DNA of 64,000 nucleotides from an uncultured Candidatus Saccharibacteria bacterium (GTDB lineage Bacteria; Patescibacteriota; Minisyncoccia; SW-4-49-11): NCBI GenBank assembly GCA_964585065.1, contig CAZPCB010000001.1, positions 162,866 to 226,865 of the forward strand, read 5' to 3'. Shown piece by piece: positions 61,948 to 64,000 of this stretch (position 1 is its first letter; each line of letters starts with the position of its first letter). The notes under the pieces were generated by a model. It saw only the letters and a program-made list of their open reading frames with translations, ran no database searches and was not told where the DNA came from. The position numbers and the translations under genes were made by a program.

Positions 61948-62364
61948 CTAGAGTACAAATTCTTGTATCCCCACATCGAGGGACATTTTGCTACAAATAG
62001 TACAATAGGGATTTCCCGCTCGAGTAGCATTATTCTCTTCATCCAATCGCATAAAATATAATCTTGAGCCTATTATTTTATCTGAGTAATGTGCAAGAGC
62101 ATCCATAATAGCTCTCTGTTCTGCATGAATACAACAGGTTTTGTCTGTTACTTTGCGATGATAGGAATCTTTATTATAATTACATCGTCTTTGATCCTCT
62201 TGATTATGGGCTGGACTATTGATACCCTTGCCGATAATGATATCATTGGCAACCATAATAGATCCACATTTACTCCGCTCACAACTTGCTGATTTTGCCA
62301 GCTCAGCAGTATAGTGCATATATTCTTTTGCTTCTCCCTCTTCCTTGCCTGATAGATATCTCAT
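61948..62364 (-). CDS. Cytidine/deoxycytidylate deaminase family zinc protein
   Basis: CIHAEQRAI (H.E) and PYCTICSK (PC..C) zinc-ligand motifs. Confidence 0.6.
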   Translation of the reverse strand: MRYLSGKEEGEAKEYMHYTAELAKSASCERSKCGSIMVANDIIIGKGINSPAHNQEDQRRCNYNKDSYHRKVTDKTCCIHAEQRAIMDALAHYSDKIIGSRLYFMRLDEENNATRAGNPYCTICSKMSLDVGIQEFVL

Positions 62365-62375
62365 ATTTTCTTTAC

Positions 62376-63857
62376 TTATTCTTTTATACTATCTAGATGA
62401 GCTTGAGCTAATTGTGTATAATTATCTTTCTTTTCTTCTGTCATTTTGTTATATTGTACTCCAATAAATCCTAGTCGTCCTTCTTTTTGTAATTGCTCAA
62501 AATGTATCCCTACAAAATTCCAAAAAAGTGCATCAAAAGTATCGCACCATTCCCCCGCTTTGAAATCACTCATTTTCCGAATATAATTGGATGAGGCAAT
62601 ATAGGGTTTAGTGGTCAGTAATCCCCCATCGGCATATAAAGTCATACTATATACATTGGGTACCATCACCCAATCATAGGCATCAATATACATTTCCATA
62701 AACCATTCATATACTGCATTAGGTTCTATATGGCATAAATTCATATAATTCCCCAGAATCATAAGTCGCGGAATATGATGAGTATAAGCATATTTCTTGA
62801 GCACTTCTATATGGTAATCCACCGGATCAATACCAGTTGTACCTGTCCATAATGATGAAGGCATAGGAGTATGGGCATCAAAATAATTACGATTTCGAAT
62901 ATTGCTCCCTTCCAATATATACAAAGCTCGGATATATTCTCTCCAACCAATAATTTGGCGAATAAAACCTTCTCCTGATTCTATAGGTATATTATGCTGT
63001 ATTATGAATTCTAAAGTCTCTTGGAGCACAAAGTCCGGAGTTAATAGTCCATTATTGAGAAGTGGTGATATAGTACTATGAAAAACTGAAGCTGATTGCT
63101 GGGTAATAGCATCTTCATAAGGCCCGAAAAGAGCAAATCTTTGATTGAGAAAATCTCTCAGATGTTTTTTGGCTTGCTTATGATCAATAGGGCTCCAAAA
63201 AGCATCCGTATCACCAAAATTATTGGGGAAATATTGCTCTATATATTCTCTTGCTTCTTCTATATATGGGGAATTATTAGGAGTAAATGTCTCTGGTATA
63301 TCTATGTCTTTGGGGAGCTTTTTTCTATTTTCGGTATCAAAGCTCCATCTCCCGCCTTGTGGTTTATTGTCTTCAATCAATATATTGAGGCGTTTTCTCT
63401 GCCATATATAAAAGTCATTCATATGGTATCGACGGACTCCTATGCGTGATTGGAAAAATTCCGTAAATTCTGATATGGAGGTGAGGAATATAGGACTTTC
63501 GTGTACAGTATACTCTATTGATGCAGTATCGAGAGCTTTAGTAAGACGACGATTTAACCAATCATCAGTAACATCATAGAATTCTACGGTATCGATATGA
63601 TTCTGTTGTAATAGAGAGACTATACTGTCAGTAGTCTCAAGCTTATGATATTCGATATATTCAACTGTGATACCTTGAGCAACCAGATAATTCTGATAGC
63701 TTTTCATACTGGCTCGATGTAATATCAGCTTTTGCTTATGGAAAGCAAATTCACTAAAATACAATGGCTCTTCGATAAGGTACACAATATCACTATCGTG
63801 AAGAAGCCGAATATCTTCGAATAATTGATGTGGATAGATAAGAAATGCTTTTTTCAT
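62376..63857 (-). CDS. PhrB-like (FeS-BCP / COG3046) cryptochrome-photolyase family protein lacking three of the four Fe-S cysteines
   Basis: GGRWSFDTENR and EGFIRQIIGWREYIRALY match Agrobacterium PhrB GGRWNFDAENR / EGFIRQIIGWREYMRGIY. PhrB YCDTCRY...NACPF region reduced to WCDTF with a deletion. Confidence 0.7.
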   Translation of the reverse strand: MKKAFLIYPHQLFEDIRLLHDSDIVYLIEEPLYFSEFAFHKQKLILHRASMKSYQNYLVAQGITVEYIEYHKLETTDSIVSLLQQNHIDTVEFYDVTDDWLNRRLTKALDTASIEYTVHESPIFLTSISEFTEFFQSRIGVRRYHMNDFYIWQRKRLNILIEDNKPQGGRWSFDTENRKKLPKDIDIPETFTPNNSPYIEEAREYIEQYFPNNFGDTDAFWSPIDHKQAKKHLRDFLNQRFALFGPYEDAITQQSASVFHSTISPLLNNGLLTPDFVLQETLEFIIQHNIPIESGEGFIRQIIGWREYIRALYILEGSNIRNRNYFDAHTPMPSSLWTGTTGIDPVDYHIEVLKKYAYTHHIPRLMILGNYMNLCHIEPNAVYEWFMEMYIDAYDWVMVPNVYSMTLYADGGLLTTKPYIASSNYIRKMSDFKAGEWCDTFDALFWNFVGIHFEQLQKEGRLGFIGVQYNKMTEEKKDNYTQLAQAHLDSIKE

Positions 63858-63931
63858 ATATCTATCATAGCATATCCTACCTTTGGAAGGGAGTATGATA
63901 TACTAATAGTATTGTTAAATAACCTATAGAT

Positions 63932-64000
63932 ATGGACAAGCTCAAACAAGCAACCTTGGTCTTTCTTATTAAAAAATCTGATCTAGAAACTCAGGAAATA
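63932..64000 (+). CDS. 5' fragment of a gene running off the window (possibly NUDIX hydrolase)
   Basis: MDKLKQATLVFLIKKSDLETQEI... Truncated by window end. Confidence 0.3.
   Translation, partial: MDKLKQATLVFLIKKSDLETQEI

Overview
AT-rich (roughly one-third GC by eye), gene-dense bacterial window. It has the look of a small-genome, Gram-positive-like or candidate-phyla-radiation-type organism: a standalone 23S rRNA gene with its own promoter and processing stem but no linked 16S or 5S; a reduced dcw cluster (mraZ-rsmH-ftsL-ftsI-murF); a type-IV-pilin-like surface protein; and many tightly packed or overlapping genes.

Confident core genes (motif-based): secG, rsmE, rmuC, mutM/fpg, gmk, mnmA, gap, xseB, murF, ftsI, rsmH, mraZ, topA, aspS (lacks the GAD insertion domain), plsC, glyA, folD, three GT4 glycosyltransferases, a VIT1/CCC1 transporter and a nitroreductase.

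Four tRNAs: Ser-TGA (+), Pro-TGG (-), Ile-GAT (-) and Ser-GCT (-).

Regions that look accessory or unusual:
1. A two-gene cassette at 55.6-60.4 kb: an XRE-family HTH regulator followed by a 1526-aa Upf1-like SF1 helicase / DUF559-type nuclease / topoisomerase-type zinc-finger fusion. It sits next to tRNA-Ser(GCT), which has a 26/27-nt repeat of its 3' end 150 bp downstream (att-like), and is bounded on its other side by a GC-rich noncoding segment. This is a candidate horizontally acquired defence or DNA-processing island, with a zinc-ribbon protein, a cytidine-deaminase-family protein and a PhrB-like photolyase lacking the Fe-S cysteines nearby.
2. A five-gene, translationally coupled operon at 40.6-46.5 kb: a membrane-anchored protein, a 569-aa Cys-containing secreted protein, a 715-aa polytopic protein that may be VirB6/TrbL-like, a Pro-rich soluble protein and a PrgI/VirB3-like small membrane protein. 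It resembles an ATPase-less type-IV-secretion-like or novel envelope apparatus.
3. Three secreted cell-wall-active enzymes (S8 protease, Amidase_2, RlpA-like) share the same ~55-residue repeat module.
4. Both tRNA-Ser genes are followed at ~150-190 bp by exact or near-exact copies of their own 3' ends, with GC-richer structured inserts in between.
5. A ~50% GC secreted-protein gene sits abutting the 23S promoter.

No CRISPR array, integrase or transposase was recognised.
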